DNA of 64,000 nucleotides from Octopus bimaculoides. Its lineage: Eukaryota. Below are positions 39,563 through 53,637 of the stretch, piece by piece; positions within the stretch are counted from its first letter, which is position 1; each line of letters begins with the position of its first letter. The stretch is from contig NC_068981.1 of NCBI RefSeq assembly GCF_001194135.2, forward strand, positions 127,666,439-127,730,438, given 5' to 3'. The notes under the pieces are model-generated. The model searched no databases. It was not told the DNA's origin and was given only the letters and a program-made list of their open reading frames with translations. Made by a program: the position numbers and the translations under genes.

Positions 39563-41844
39563 GTGTGTCTTTGTGTCTGCATTTGTCCCCACATCACTGC
39601 TTGACAACTGGTATTGGTGTGTTTACATTTCCATAACTTAACAGTTTGGCAAAAGAGACTGATAGAATAAGTAGTAGGCTTAAAAATTAAGTCTTGGGGT
39701 CGATTTACTTGACTAAAACCCTTCAAGGTGGTGCCCCAGCACGGCCACAATCAACTGACTGAAACAAGTAAAAGAATAGAAAAAATTAATTGAAAAGTTG
39801 AGAAATGTGTGATTAAGCAATCACAAACCATCCAACCCATGCCAGCACAGAAAGCAGACATTAAACGATGATGATGATGATATTGATGATGGATCCGGGT
39901 TCATTCTTATTATGTGGTACTTTAGTTGAGTGTCTTCAACCATAACTTTGGGTTATCTCCAGCTTTGGTAGACAGAAACTGTGTGAAAGCACTTTATATA
40001 TGCAAATTAGTCTATCTGATTTACTTAAGCTCTTAGTAATAGTAAGGTTTATAAGCAGTGTCTTGGTGCACAGTTAAAGAAGGTATTTAGTTGCTGATGA
40101 AATCCCAACTCAGAATTGAAACTAGTCTTCCTCACGTTTCCTTTTCCTGAATCCACATAGCTTGTGGAAGAAGCTTTGTAGAAGACAAGGTATTTATTCT
40201 ATCTGTACATAGTGTTGCCTCTCTGTCTGTCTTTATTTATTTATTGCATTCTGTAAGTATTAATACAAAATACTGTTAATGTACAGTAATTTGTCCTGCT
40301 GCATGGCATCTTGAGCAAGTATCTTCTACTATAGTCCAGGCTAACCAAGGCCTTGTGAGTGGATTTGATAAATAAAAGTTGAAAAATGTCCATTGTGTGT
40401 GTATTTTGATATATGGATAGATATGTATATATACATATGCACACAATCCATGTATGTATGTATGTTGGTTGGGTAGGTGGCTGGTTGACATTGTGTGAAA
40501 ATTGAGAATGGGTACCATTTGTTTCCATTCATCATCATTTATTACCTAATTTCCATTCTGGCATGGGTTGGATGGTTTGACATGGAACCACACCAGGTTC
40601 CGTTGTTTGTTTTGGTATAGTTTCTACATCTGGATGCACTTTCTAATGCCAACCAGTTTACAGAGTGTACAGGGTGCTTTTTATGTGGTACCACCACCAG
40701 TGCTTTTTATATGGCACCAGCACCAACAGGGTCACCCAATATCTTGCACCTCAAAACCCCCTAAACTAGGAGGGATGTGTGGTTTTGTGCCAGTTGAGAG
40801 ATTTAAGATGTAGAGGGAGGAGACAGAGGTGTCTTACTGTAAAGTAGATACATGGATAGCCTAGATGGAAAACAAAGGGAAGTGAGTTGGAGAGTAAGAT
40901 AAAGGGATTGATAGTGAGAGAGATGATGGCAGGAATGTGTTGAGACATGTCCTCAAGGGACATTGGGAGTGGTAAGAATAGGTGTGGTGATATAGAGGCT
41001 TGGGCTGGGTGAGTGTACAGGATAAAGTGATTGTAGCAAATAATGGAGGGAAATATTGGAGGGGATTATAGGTTAGGGTCGCAGTGGATATGTAAGGGCA
41101 TTGAGGCTGATAGCAGGTAAATGAGATGATGATAGAGAGCATCACAGGGAGGAGACAGAAGGCACAGAAAGGAGGTGATTGGTGGAGACAGTAGGCAGGA
41201 GAAGCAAGGTAATGGTTGGGGGCAATAGTGAAGGTAACTAAGAAAGCCAGTGTGTATAGTATGGGCCTATTCTGCTCTCAGGTGATGGAGGAAGTGATGG
41301 GTGACAGAGGATGAAATGTGAGTGGAAGGAGAAGGTTGACTAGGTAAAGCCCTTCATGAACAAGCATTACCTTGAAAATCATCTTGCCAGAGGAAATTAT
41401 CTTTCTTGAAAATAGTTGATGGTTAATGACAGGAAAGAAAAACTGGCACAAAAAAATCTACAAGAATCTCCAACTGAACTATGTAAGTATCAAAAAGTGG
41501 ATGGTAAAATGATGATGCTGAGAGAGGGTTAAATCTCTAGTAAAGAGAAAACTATTCCCAGGGACAAAACACTGGTAAAACTTGAACTATTCACTAAAAT
41601 CAGTACTAATCTAAGGACTTGGGTTGATTGTTTGACTGAAAGTTGTGCACCAACACGATTTCAGTCCAGCGATTTAGAACATCTGGTATCAATTGCACTG
41701 ATTTGTAATTCTGATTTTGGTGAAAGAGAAAACATGTTTTGTCAGCAATGTAAACTCAAACATAATATAAATTGTCCTGCCAAGATTTGGTCTAATGACT
41801 TGTAAGTTGATAGTTCAACACATTCTTGCTAATTTCACATCTTC

Positions 41845-43378
41845 ATCATCATCATCATCATCGTTTAACGTCCGCTTTCCATGCTAGCATGGGTTGGACG
41901 ATTTGACTGAGGACTGGTGAAACCGGATGGCAACACCAGGCTCCAGTCTGATTTGGCAGAGTTTCTACAGCTGGATGCCCTTCCTAACGCCAACCACTCA
42001 GAGAGTGTAGTGGGTGCTTTTACGTGTCACCCGCACGAAAACGGCCACGCTCGAAATGGTGTCTTTTATGTGCCACCCGCACANNNNNNNNNNNNNNNNN
42101 NNNNNNNNNNNNNNNNNNNNNNNNNNNNNNNNNNNNNNNNNNNNNNNNNNNNNNNNNNNNNNNNNNNNNNNNNNNNNNNNNNNNNNNNNNNNNNNNNNNN
42201 NNNNNNNNNNNNNNNNNNNNNNNNNNNNNNNNNNNNNNNNNNNNNNNNNNNNNNNNNNNNNNNNNNNNNNNNNNNNNNNNNNNNNNNNNNNNNNNNNNNN
42301 NNNNNNNNNNNNNNNNNNNNNNNNNNNNNNNNNNNNNNNNNNNNNNNNNNNNNNNNNNNNNNNNNNNNNNNNNNNNNNNNNNNNNNNNNNNNNNNNNNNN
42401 NNNNNNNNNNNNNNNNNNNNNNNNNNNNNNNNNNNNNNNNNNNNNNNNNNNNNNNNNNNNNNNNNNNNNNNNNNNNNNNNNNNNNNNNNNNNNNNNNNNN
42501 NNNNNNNNNNNNNNNNNNNNNNNNNNNNNNNNNNNNNNNNNNNNNNNNNNNNNNNNNNNNNNNNNNNNNNNNNNNNNNNNNNNNNNNNNNNNNNNNNNNN
42601 NNNNNNNNNNNNNNNNNNNNNNNNNNNNNNNNNNNNNNNNNNNNNNNNNNNNNNNNNNNNNNNNNNNNNNNNNNNNNNNNNNNNNNNNNNNNNNNNNNNN
42701 NNNNNNNNNNNNNNNNNNNNNNNNNNNNNNNNNNNNNNNNNNNNNNNNNNNNNNNNNNNNNNNNNNNNNNNNNNNNNNNNNNNNNNNNNNNNNNNNNNNN
42801 NNNNNNNNNNNNNNNNNNNNNNNNNNNNNNNNNNNNNNNNNNNNNNNNNNNNNNNNNNNNNNNNNNNNNNNNNNNNNNNNNNNNNNNNNNNNNNNNNNNN
42901 NNNNNNNNNNNNNNNNNNNNNNNNNNNNNNNNNNNNNNNNNNNNNNNNNNNNNNNNNNNNNNNNNNNNNNNNNNNNNNNNNNNNNNNNNNNNNNNNNNNG
43001 TGTTTTATCTACCTTCCTACTTATTAGGATTTTGGTTTTAGCTAGGTTGACTCTAAGGCCCTTCAATTCTAGACCTTGCTTCCACACCTGAAACTTCTCC
43101 TCTAGTTCTGATAGTGACTCCGCAATTAGGGCAAGGTCATCAGCATAGAGGAGCTCCCAGGGGCAACCTGTCTTGAACTCCTCTGTGATTGCCTGGAGGA
43201 CTATGGTAAATAATAGGGGGCTGAGGACGGAACCTTGGTGGACCCCTACCTCTACCCGGAATTCATTGCTGTACTCATTTCCAACCCTCACCTTACTGGC
43301 CGCATCTCTGTACATGGCTCGCACAGCTCTCACTAGCCATTCTTCTATCCCAAGTTTCCTCATTGACCACCAGTACGG
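41845..43378 (-). mobile_element. 5'-truncated young RTE LINE (RT to tail), middle part in an N-gap
   Basis: Uninterrupted RT frame GVHQGSVLSPLLF...LLYADDL at 43000-43363; 3'UTR with ggatgcccttcctaacgccaacc and an (ATC)n tail at about 41845-41862. Confidence 0.93.
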
Positions 43379-43513
43379 TGTTATTTTGCGTTAAAAATGT
43401 TTCGTATTTAGATTTGAAAATTATCTTTTAAATGTTTTTCCAATAAACAAAGTAAACCATTCAGCTCTACAAATGTAGCTAAATGAATTTATTTGCATTT
43501 TTATTCTTTTCAG

Positions 43514-43538
43514 ATCAGCTCCTTTACCTATTACATGA
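43514..43538 (+). other. SNX16: Start of a probable SNX16 3'UTR exon (3' end unknown)
   Basis: Strong acceptor tttgcatttttattcttttcag just before 43514; an unused donor lies 2 nt after the SNX16 stop; repeat density drops sharply downstream. Confidence 0.5.
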
Positions 43539-46500
43539 TTCTCAATTATGGTTGTGCCAAATTTTGCAAATAAAACCTAGACTTTTTTGTTGATTAGTGA
43601 GATTTCCTCTTTTTCCCACTGATCTCATTTGCATAATTTCTTTGTTGGTGGCATCACAAACTTTTGTCAGCTGTAAGTAATTTTCGACTACTTTGTACCT
43701 TACATACTTCATGAAAACCACCACTGTTCTTCTGCTGCTGCCAGAGATTGACTTTCGCTTTGCTGCCTTCTATAGATGCAGCTTTTGGGGCTTAACACAC
43801 GAATCTTTTCCTATTGGAATAAATTCTTCTTTATTGGAAAATATCTTTAGAACTGAATATAAACTACAAGCTAATTACTCTCAAAAGAAAACGTAACGTG
43901 TTTTATCCACAGTTACAAACAATTAAGCACCAGTTAATACATAAGGGAGTTAACTCTGATAAACCTTCACCTCTTTACTCAATTCTCTTCCTTCAGAAAT
44001 CAGCTGTCTGAAATGCACAAGCTAAATACATTATTGCCATCCTTAAAACTTTATTGTGTATAAGCTAGTTTTTTATTTAAAAAAAATTTTTTATAGAAAA
44101 TAAAATTAATGAATTTTGACGTAAATTTTTCTGTGAAACTAAGCCTATACGTTACCTTGTAAAATGTGTCTTTCATGCAGAGAAACTGCACTTGTTTTTA
44201 TATTACATAGGTAAATTTGCTTGCTTCTCAGAGCAGTTTCAAGAATGATACAGACAAATAACTACAAAACATCTAATTAAAACAATAATGTAATATATTT
44301 TCTTTCAAAACTGTCCTAGTGGAGAGCATGTGATAGAAGGAAGAGAAAAAACTGGGTTGAAAGAGGCAGTATATATGTGACATATATACGTGCATATATG
44401 TATACATACACATAAACACACATGAGTTTGAAGCTCTGTGATACAGTTTCTATTATAGATTATTTAATAATAACTACTTTAAAAATATTTCACCAGCTTT
44501 ATTTTGAAAACTGCTATTTTGGGTGAAATTATTCACAAATCTAAAGAAAATGTCACCATAGTTGGCAATTAATGGCTATGGGCTTTTCCTTCCATATAAA
44601 GTATTACCAAATTAGGTATTAATTAAAAAATATAAACCTTATGTTTTCATTATTTTTAATTTTATCAAATCTCTATGAAAGATATTTATATTTTGAAATT
44701 AACTCTGATATTAAAAATAAGCTAAACATTCTCAGTATGGTATCACACCATTTTAAAAATTTCTTTTGCAGTGATATATACAACTTGATTACATTCATAG
44801 ATAAGGTTTGAGAAAAAAAAACAAAAAAAACCCCTAAAATTTCATGTATTTCTTAATATTAATTTTCAGGAAACTAGGTGTTTAATGATGTTTACATTGT
44901 AATATCTAAATATCTAGTGTATTTGTAGTCCATACAATATAATGATCAGCTTAACTTGTATTCAATTTATATCGAGGTTGACTTTGCCTTCCATCCTCTC
45001 AGAGTTGATAAAATAAGTATCAGTTGAGTACTGGGGTCAATGATAATTGACTTAAACCCTCCCTGAAATTGCTGGCCTTGTGTCAGAATTTGAAACCACT
45101 GTTACTATTGCTATTATTATGCGGAAAGTGAGCATTGTAGGAGAGTAGGGTACATGTTCTTGATGATGTATTTTGATAGTTGATTGGAACTCATTCATTT
45201 ACATTGCTAACACACCTAGAAAAAAATTCTCAAGATTCATTTTCTATCTCGATGAGGTTTCATGCTCCATTATTATTGTGATTTATCTTTTCAAGTCAAT
45301 TTTGTTTTGAGAAATTTAAACCATTTTGATTCCATTTTACTCAACTAAAACCAACAATATGAATGGGATATTCATGCTATCCAAAAACCTTTGTGCCTTA
45401 AAACATAACAAAACCTAACATTATTTTTTATGCAATTCTATTTATTTATCAAAAAAGTTCATTTAAATTTCAATATTTGAGATTAAAAAAATATTAATAA
45501 ACAATAAAAGATATTTTTTGACAAAGTGTTTGTAAGATAATTGTGATTGTTAAAATTGAAGGTTCAAGAACATTTGGTTGAAGTGATTTTTCAGGATTGT
45601 TAGAAGATACCAGTGGCCAAAAATGCATATCAGTGCTGTTGGTTACCTTCAGTACAGTAATACTAAATTGCATACATCAACCTCCAGTAACAAAGGTTGA
45701 TTTTTACAATTTTTAACACAGGAGAAAGTAAATATGCAGTTATGACAACAATGAAAGGGTTTTGTTGTTGTGTAAAATGTTAACAACTCAGATGAAAATT
45801 TCATGTTTTTGGAATTGTCTAAATGAAAGCTCAAATGGCTGTTCCATAAATATGAGATCTGAAACATGCTTTATGTAATTGTAAAGACTGCAAAATATTG
45901 CATATGTAATTTTAAATATTGCATAACATATGATCTTAAAAAACTGAAGCTAAATGTTCTGTTAATTTGAAACCAAGAAGTACACATTCGGGGGGTGAGA
46001 TGGGGGGGATGCCACTGTAAATATTTTTGTTTGCCTTTGCCAGCTGTATATACAGATTATTATTTGACTTTCAAGTACCAATTTGTAGATATCATGAAAT
46101 GATTTTCTTACTGCTGATGTGACTTATACAAAAGAAAAATGGTATTACAATGTAAAAAAATAAAAATAAGTATATTGTAAAAAAGGCTGACTTGTGTTAC
46201 ATCATTTTAAAAAATTTTGTAAATTTCTTAATCAGATCTCTTTTTGACTAGATGCAAAGGCTCTATATTGTTGCTGTTGTTTAGATCCAGGTCATGATGA
46301 TCTAAGGCATTCTAGCCATAACCCTTGTTTTTTTTTCAGACATTGTGTATCTAGGACTACATCATCCATTGCTCTTCCTTTTATAAGATTAATCTGCTTT
46401 TTCTAGACGTTCCCTCAATTACTTCAGACAGCAAGATGAATATTTTATAAATTGTGGGAGTGGGAAATGATTTGCAGGAAGTACATATCACACAGCTAGC

Positions 46501-47792
46501 TTAAATTCTATCTCTGAAACCCAAAGCCTTTGTTTCAACTAAAAGGAAACTGTTTCTGTATAAAAGTTGTTCAAAATTTGAAAGGATCCATAATAAAAAA
46601 TGTGTTGTGTTTTATTTTCCCCCTTGCTTCATTTGGACTCCCATTATCATTGTTTTAAAATCTGCTCTTTCACATTGCTTAGGGTTGCAGTATAACATAC
46701 AATTACCTGTCTTGTTATTGTCTCATCTTATTCTTAGACCTGACGTCAATCTAGATCTATGGTTGCCCAAGTATTTTGCATATTATTCAAAATGTATTGT
46801 TCATTTATATTTCCTTTGCAACTTCTTGCCTGCACATACCAACTGATGCCATACTAACTTTTCTTAGTTACACTTCATTTTGCATCTGGTTGCTATTGAG
46901 CTTAACTGTACTACTATAATTGCTGTTGAAGGAATAGCATCAACTAATGTTGATAACATCACAGTGGCTTACAGGTTCATCAAATTGGTTGTTTATTCTT
47001 CAGATTGGTGTCATCATGCTGCACTTATCACACAGACTTTGCTGTGGAGGAGACAGTGTTATTGACAGACCCAGACATCTAGGTAGCCTATTATAGATTC
47101 TACTTCTCTGAGCCCCATGAATTCAGTCTTTCTGTTGTAACATCTTTCACAGGCTAAAAGTAATTACTTGACAATTATCATTTTTAAATATGTTTTGCTA
47201 TGCTAATATGAGTTGGACTGGTGTAAGAAAAAGTACCTATGTTTGAACCTTAATCTTGTGTCATCATGTGTGACAGGTCTAACCGAACCATTTCTTTCCA
47301 TGTCTATTTCTATTGTAGATATTTTCATCAATACTATTTCACTTTTTCACATAACATGCCCATAACAATGTTTTCTTCTGCATAGACCAGCCAGTATCTT
47401 TGACAGATAAGTTAACATTATTCAAAGTATCATATTCAACTAATTTATCTCATTTTGATACATCAATAAACATAATCACACTTTTATGTTATGTTACATA
47501 CACTTGACTCTTTAATGTCAACTGGAATAACCAGGTTCCCAAATCTTTTTTTAACCTTAGCCTCTGTAGTACAACTAATATCATCAGGCAGGGATTATGT
47601 TATCAAAGTAAAAGAAATAATTTACTACTTCCACTGACCAGTATTAAAATGATGTAGTTTATATATATGTGAGCTAACTGTTGCATTTATCATTACCATC
47701 CCAGCCACTTCTGATAGCTTTACTTACTCTGATATTTACCAAAAATAATGTCAGAAAAAAGAAAGAAAATAAAACATTTAGATCAGTCTATT

Positions 47793-47798
47793 TTTATT
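47793..47798 (-). terminator. Candidate AATAAA polyadenylation signal of NDUFA5
   Basis: tttatt on the + strand about 90 nt past the NDUFA5 stop. Confidence 0.5.
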
Positions 47799-47887
47799 TA
47801 GCAAAATTTTTTCCGATCACTCATTTTAGATGTTCCTCATAATTTAATATAAACTACATTTTTAACTAATACCTTTAGATAATACAT

Positions 47888-47989
47888 TTATATAGGCCAT
47901 TTCCATTGATTTGGAGGTGCTTCACCAATTAAGGGTTCCCAAGGTCGCCATTCCAACATCTTTCTGGATAAAGATAATTCTCGATGAGC
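47888..47989 (-). CDS. NDUFA5: NDUFA5 exon 5 ([33 protein letters not shown])
   Basis: tttttcgccag acceptor; ends WKWPI-TAA like human NDUFA5. All introns are phase 0 and the five exons join into a 116-aa protein. Confidence 0.97.
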   Translation of the reverse strand, partial: AHRELSLSRKMLEWRPWEPLIGEAPPNQWKWPI

Positions 47990-48311
47990 CTGGCGAAAAA
48001 GTGAAGTGATAATTATGAAGTAACGCATAAAGTTATAAATGGTATGGAATAAAGGTGGAGAATGTACAGCCTTCTACAAAAAGTACAATGTTTAAGGGAA
48101 AATCATTACACTGGGACATATTTTTGTCGATTTAATATTATTTAACAGCTGTCTTTGTAACTAATTGCAAATTTTAGAAGCACTTTCATAAATATCTTTA
48201 CCTACCCTTGTAACTACTGTTTGAAATTATTACAATTTTGTTTTTAAAACAGAAACCTAAAGAAATTTAAAAATATAGTTACAGTGAAGGGCTTACTTGA
48301 AACTGCCTTAA

Positions 48312-48528
48312 CCCTTTAGCATTCACATTACTCTATCAAATATAATGCTTATTTATTCACATTGTTTTGAATTAATCATGCATTATCTCAGAGCTTTGAT
48401 GTTTTGATGTACTTGTTTATTTGTAGAATGACATTGTAGCATAGGTGTGAAAGGCTGGATTTGGTCAGTTTGAACATAAAACTGGTTGAATATTTGGGCC
48501 AGATATGGCCAGTTTAAATGCCAAAGGG
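48312..48528. mobile_element. 217-bp piggyBac-type MITE (TTAA TSD, CCCTTTAGCATT termini)
   Basis: ttaa|ccctttagcatt ... aatgccaaaggg|ctaa. Family members at 7276-7492, about 2999-3226 (inverted) and 12941-13381 (interrupted). Confidence 0.72.
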
Positions 48529-48699
48529 CTAATCTTTTTTACATCTTGTTAGAATTTTTATAGCTATATTTTTTTGAGTAATAAGTTTAGCTGTATAAAC
48601 CTTCTTTTTGGAATGTAGCCTTTGAACAGAGAAAGTATACTCACCAATGGTTTAAAATATTTCAGAAGTAATTATCAACTAAATATAGAAAAGCACCAC

Positions 48700-50425
48700 T
48701 GATGCTATATTTCTGGTAAGACAGCTGCAGGAGAAATACCTAGCCAAAGATAAACCTTTGTACCTGGCTTTTGTTGACATGGAGAAAGCCTTTGACAGGG
48801 TCCCACAATCCCTTATCTGGTGGTCAATGCAGCAACTAGGGATAGATGAGTTGTTAATGAGAGCTGTACAAGCCATGTACAAGCCTGTCAGTAACGTGAG
48901 GGTTGGCAACGAGTACAGTGAAGAATTCCGGGTAGGAGTAGGGGTCCACCAAGGATCAATCCTCAGCCCCCTCTTATTCATCATAGTCTTTCAGGNNNNN
49001 NNNNNACCAAGGATCAATCCTCAGCCCCCTCTTATTCATCATAGTCTTTCAGGCAATAACAGAGGAATTCAAGACAGGATGCTCCTGGGAGCTTCTCTAT
49101 GCTGAGTCACTATCAAAACTACAGAAGTTTCAGGTGTGGAAGCAAGGTCTAGAATCGAAGGGTCTTAGAGTCAATCTAGTAAAAACCAAAGTCTTAATAA
49201 GTAGGAAGGCAGACAAGCCACAAATCCCTTAGATAGATGGACCTGCTCGATCTGTAGTAAAGGCATAGATAAAAACTCCAAAAGATTACCCAGTGTAAGG
49301 TATGGACACATAAGAGGTGCAGCAATATCAAAGGAAGGCTAACTAGGAAGTTAGTTTTTGTATGTAGCAGATGTTCAGGAGCAATAAACACTGAAAATAT
49401 GCAGAAAACAGCCTCCATCACATTCCAGGGGAAAAAAACTAGAAGTAGTTGATAGCTTCCTTTACCTAGGTGACCAAGTCAGTCGTGGGGGTGGTTGCTC
49501 TGAAAGTGTACCGGCTAGAATAAGAATAGACTAGGCAAAGTTCAGAGAGCTCCTACCTCTGCTGGTGACAAAGGGCTTCTCACTCAGAGTAAAAGGTAGA
49601 CTATATGATGCATGTGTGCGAACAACCATGCTACATGGCAGTGAAACATGGGCTGTGACTACTGAGGAGATACGTAAGCTTGCAAGGAATGAAACTAGTA
49701 TGCTCTGCTGGATGTGTAATGTCAGTGTGCATACACAACAATGTAAGCGCCTTGAGAGAAAAGTTGGACATAAGAAGCATCAGATGTGGTGTGCAAGAGA
49801 GATGACTGCGCTGGTATGGTCATGTGCTGCGTGTGGGTGAGGACAGCAGGGTCACATCCTAGCAGTAGAGGGAACCTGTGAAAGAGGTAGACCCAAGAAA
49901 GTGACAGAGACCTCTGGAGATATGCTGTGCTTGAGAAGACCCAGCAAGCCAAGTGAGACCGGAACCGTGGCCTATGCCAGTACAGCATAACCAGCCTATT
50001 TAAGAGCACCCTTCAATCATTGAGCAATAAACTGCACTTGCAAAGACCTGTTGAGGTAAGTGAAGTCGTTGTTGTGGCCAATGACAGTACCGCCTGATTG
50101 ACACCTGTGCCGGTGGCATGTAAAAATGCACTAACTGAATGTGGTCAATGCCAGTGCTGTCTGATGGTCCCTCGGTGGCACATAAAAAGCACCATTTGAG
50201 TGTGGTCGATGCCAGTACCGCCTGACTAGCCCTTGTGCCAGTGGCACGTAAAAAGCATCCACTACACTCTCGAAGTGGTTGGTATTAGGAAGGGCATCCA
50301 GCAGTAGAAACATTGCCAGATCGGATTGGAGCCCAGTGCAGCCTTCTGGCTTGCCAGCCCTCAGTCAAACCGTCCAACCCATGCCATCATGGAAAGTTTA
50401 CGTTAAACAATGGCAACGATAATGA
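48700..50425 (+). mobile_element. Decayed RTE LINE fragment (RT, C-terminus and 3'UTR) in NDUFA5 intron 4
   Basis: YLAFVDMEKAFDRVP, GVHQGSILSPLLF and LYDACVRTTMLHGSETW peptides; 3' end cgttaaacaatg...gataat. Confidence 0.9.
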
Positions 50426-50644
50426 TAATATGAACTCTTCATGTTTCGATTTTGCAGGATTTGGACAAAGAACATTGAGGTATCAAAATAGTTACAGTAA
50501 AGCATACATTTTGGTTTTCAATAGTGTTCACCATTCTCAATCCTTTAACTGTATTAATAACAAGGTAAGTAAATGGATCTGTGTCAGTTTCAGCAATGAA
50601 AATTCAGTTATTACATCGACTGCCTGCTCATTTAATAAGCATGT

Positions 50645-51010
50645 AATCATCATCATCATCATCGTTTAACATCCGCTTTCCATGCTAGCATGGGTTGGAC
50701 GATTTGACTGAGGACTGGTGAAACTGGATGGCAACACCAGGCTCCAATCTGATTTGGCAGAGTTTCTACAGCTGGATGCCCTTCCTAACGCCAACCACTC
50801 AGAGAGTGTAGTGGGTGATTTACGTGTCACCCGCATGAAGGCCAGTTAGGCGGTACTGGCAACGGCCACGCTCAAAATGGTGTATTTTATGTGCCACCCG
50901 CACAAGAGCCAGTCCAGGGGCACTGGCAACGATCTCGCTCGAAAATCCTACAGAAGCCAGTCAGGCAGTACTGGCAACAGCCACGCTCAAAATGGTGTAT
51001 TTTATGTGTC
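50645..51010 (-). mobile_element. RTE 3'UTR copy
   Basis: (ATC)n tail followed by the conserved RTE 3' end, about 96% identical by eye to the 41.9 kb and 53.3 kb copies. Confidence 0.88.
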
Positions 51011-51336
51011 AGAAATGTGTACCCTTAATAATATCCTCAAGCAGAACTAGCAAGATGCAGTATGGATCTTCGAATTACAGGTACACGAAGGACTTCAGTA
51101 AAGTTTCCATCTACCCAGTCTCATTCACAATGCTTGGGTTGACCCAAAGGTATGGAATAGGACTTTTGACCAAGAGGCTGTTGAACCCTAGACCTCATGA
51201 CTGCAAAGTCATCTTGACCATTTGACCATGTGTTCATTCGTCTGGAAACCATTAGTGAAAAATATTCAGATTTATGATATAATGTGTACAGGTGAAGATA
51301 ATAAAAGATGTGGAAATCCATGGATGTTTCACTGAC

Positions 51337-51402
51337 CTGGAGTATAATTTCTTCAACTTGGCCACCCTTGACAATATTTTCCAGTTTGGTAACATTAGGT
51401 TC
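51337..51402 (-). CDS. NDUFA5: NDUFA5 exon 4 (EPNVTKLENIVKGGQVEEIILQ)
   Basis: ttttag acceptor and gtcagt donor; 66 nt; GGQxEExIxQ motif. Confidence 0.96.
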
Positions 51403-52435
51403 CTAAAATAGAATTCACAAACACATTTAAAGGATCTACAATAGAGCACCAGTAACATACTATTTTACATTAAAGACATTTAGAAGGCTGGAGCCAAGGA
51501 AGATAGTATAGCATAAAAAACTATAAGAATCAATAATGATAGTCAGATATTGATAATTTTAATCAACCAGTTCTAATTATCTATGCATTTCAATAACCAC
51601 AGAAGATTCTGTATTTTTTAAATCTATATTTATTTACTTTGCTTATTTTTTTTTTCTATGATTTCGAGGCTGGACAGGTTTATAAATTTCAACATGGAAA
51701 TGTTATTCTAAAGTAGCTGGTTTACAGATTGATGCTACCCTTAAGCTTAAATTAGTAGCAGCACTAAATGCAAGTAAGGCATCAATATGTGGGTTGATAA
51801 TCATCATCATTTAACGTCCTCCTTCCATGCTGGCATGGGTTGGATGGTTTGACAGGAGTTGGCCAGGCAGAAGCCTGCACCATACTGTTTTAGCATAGAT
51901 TTTATGGCTGGATGCCCTTCCTAACACCAACCATCCTGCAGAGTGGGCTGAGTGCTTTTTATGTGGTATTAGCACAGGTGAAGTCAGTTTTGGTATGTTT
52001 TTTACAGCTGGATGCCTAATAATAAACAACAAATTACCCCCCCCCCCAAAAAAAAAATTCCACAAATGATGATGATGATAGTGTGCTTCAGTACAGCTGT
52101 ACCGTAGACATTCTCAGAAACAATAAATTGAATGATTGTGAGTGACACATACTATGCTTTAGTCTGGCTTGGGACTACACTGCATCCTTATAGAGCTTTT
52201 GTTTATTGTGAGCTTATATGGAATATTGTTTGTCAGTCTAGGGTACACGAAGATATAGGGATGTAAGATGGTAATGAGCATGCTGTATAACAAGTGCAAT
52301 TGCCTAAACATACTGTGAAGAATGAAGTAATAGTCTGGCAATGTTATGCTGGGCTGAGTTGGATGGTATAGGTATACGTAATGACGCAACCTGTAGCAGT
52401 ATTTTCCATCTAGTCTACAGTCCATACATGTTTTA

Positions 52436-53390
52436 AGCTCGCAAGGAATGAAGCCAGTATGCTCCGTTGGATGTGTAATGTCAATGTGAATACCCGTCAG
52501 AGTGTAAGTATCTTGAGAGAAAAGCTGAACATTAGAAGCATCAGTTGTGGTGTGCAAGAGAGACGATTGTGCTGGTATGGACATGTGGTGAGAATGGATG
52601 AGGATAGCTGCGTGAAAAAGTGCCACACCCTAACAGTTGAGGGAACCCGTGGAAGAGGTAGGCCCAGGAAGACCTGGGCTGAAGTGGTGAGGCAAGACCT
52701 TCGTACATTGGGCCTCACCGAGGCGATGACTACTGACCGAGACCTTTGGAAATGTGCTGTGCGTGAGNNNNNNNNNNNNNNNNNNNNNNNNNNNNNNNNN
52801 NNNNNNNNNNNNNNNNNNNNNNNNNNNNNNNNNNNNNNNNNNNNNNNNNNNNNNNNNNNNNNNNNNNNNNNNNNNNNNNNNNNNNNNNNNNNNNNNNNNN
52901 NNNNNNNNNNNNNNNNNNNNNNNNNNNNNNNNNNNNNNNNNNNNNNNNNNNNNNNNNNNNNNNNNNNNNNNNNNNNNNNNNNNNNNNNNNNNNNNNNNNN
53001 NNNNNNNNNNNNNNNNNNNNNNNNNNNNNNNNNNNNNNNNNNNNNNNNNNNNNNNNNNNNNNNNNNNNNNNNNNNNNNNNNNNNNNNNNNNNNNNNNNNN
53101 NNNNNNNNNNNNNNNNNNNNNNNNNNNNNNNNNNNNNNNNNNNNNNNNNNNNNNNNNNNNNNNNNNGGCACATAAAAGACACCATTTCGAGCGTGGCCGT
53201 TTTCGTGCGGGTGACACGTAAAAGCACCCACTACACTCTCTGAGTGGTTGGCGTTAGGAAGGGCATCCAGCTGTAGAAACTCTGCCAAATTAGATTGGAG
53301 CCTGGTGTTGCCATCCGGTTTCACCAGTCCTCAGTCAAATCGTCCAACCCGTGCTAGCATGGAAAGCGGACGTTAAACGATGATGATGTT
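52436..53390 (+). mobile_element. Young RTE LINE 3' fragment in NDUFA5 intron 3
   Basis: Open frame LRWMCNV...RLCWYGHVVRM...RGRGRPRKTW; 3'UTR and (GAT)n tail; gap at 52768-53166. Confidence 0.92.
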
Positions 53391-53637
53391 TTATACATCA
53401 GGGTGTGATTGCAGCATAGGTGGGCAAGCAGGACTTATTTAGTATTGTGATTTATGAGACAGATTAATATGATTTATTACATAGTTTATTACCATTTGAT
53501 TTATTAGATAATTTGGGATTAGAAAGGAAATGGATTTTAAAGTTATCCGAGTGTGTTTAATGATGATAATATTCATTTTGATGAAGATTACCATATTTCT
53601 AGAGATTAAACAATGTTATAACCAAAAAATAACTCAC

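Noticed and set aside
46880-47065. 61-aa ORF in the inter-gene interval
   Set aside because: Non-ATG start in the DNA, no homology recognised, and a length expected by chance.
48948-49053. 48-bp duplication in an RTE RT region
   Set aside because: Same pattern: identical sequence on both sides of a 10-N gap; assembly artefact.
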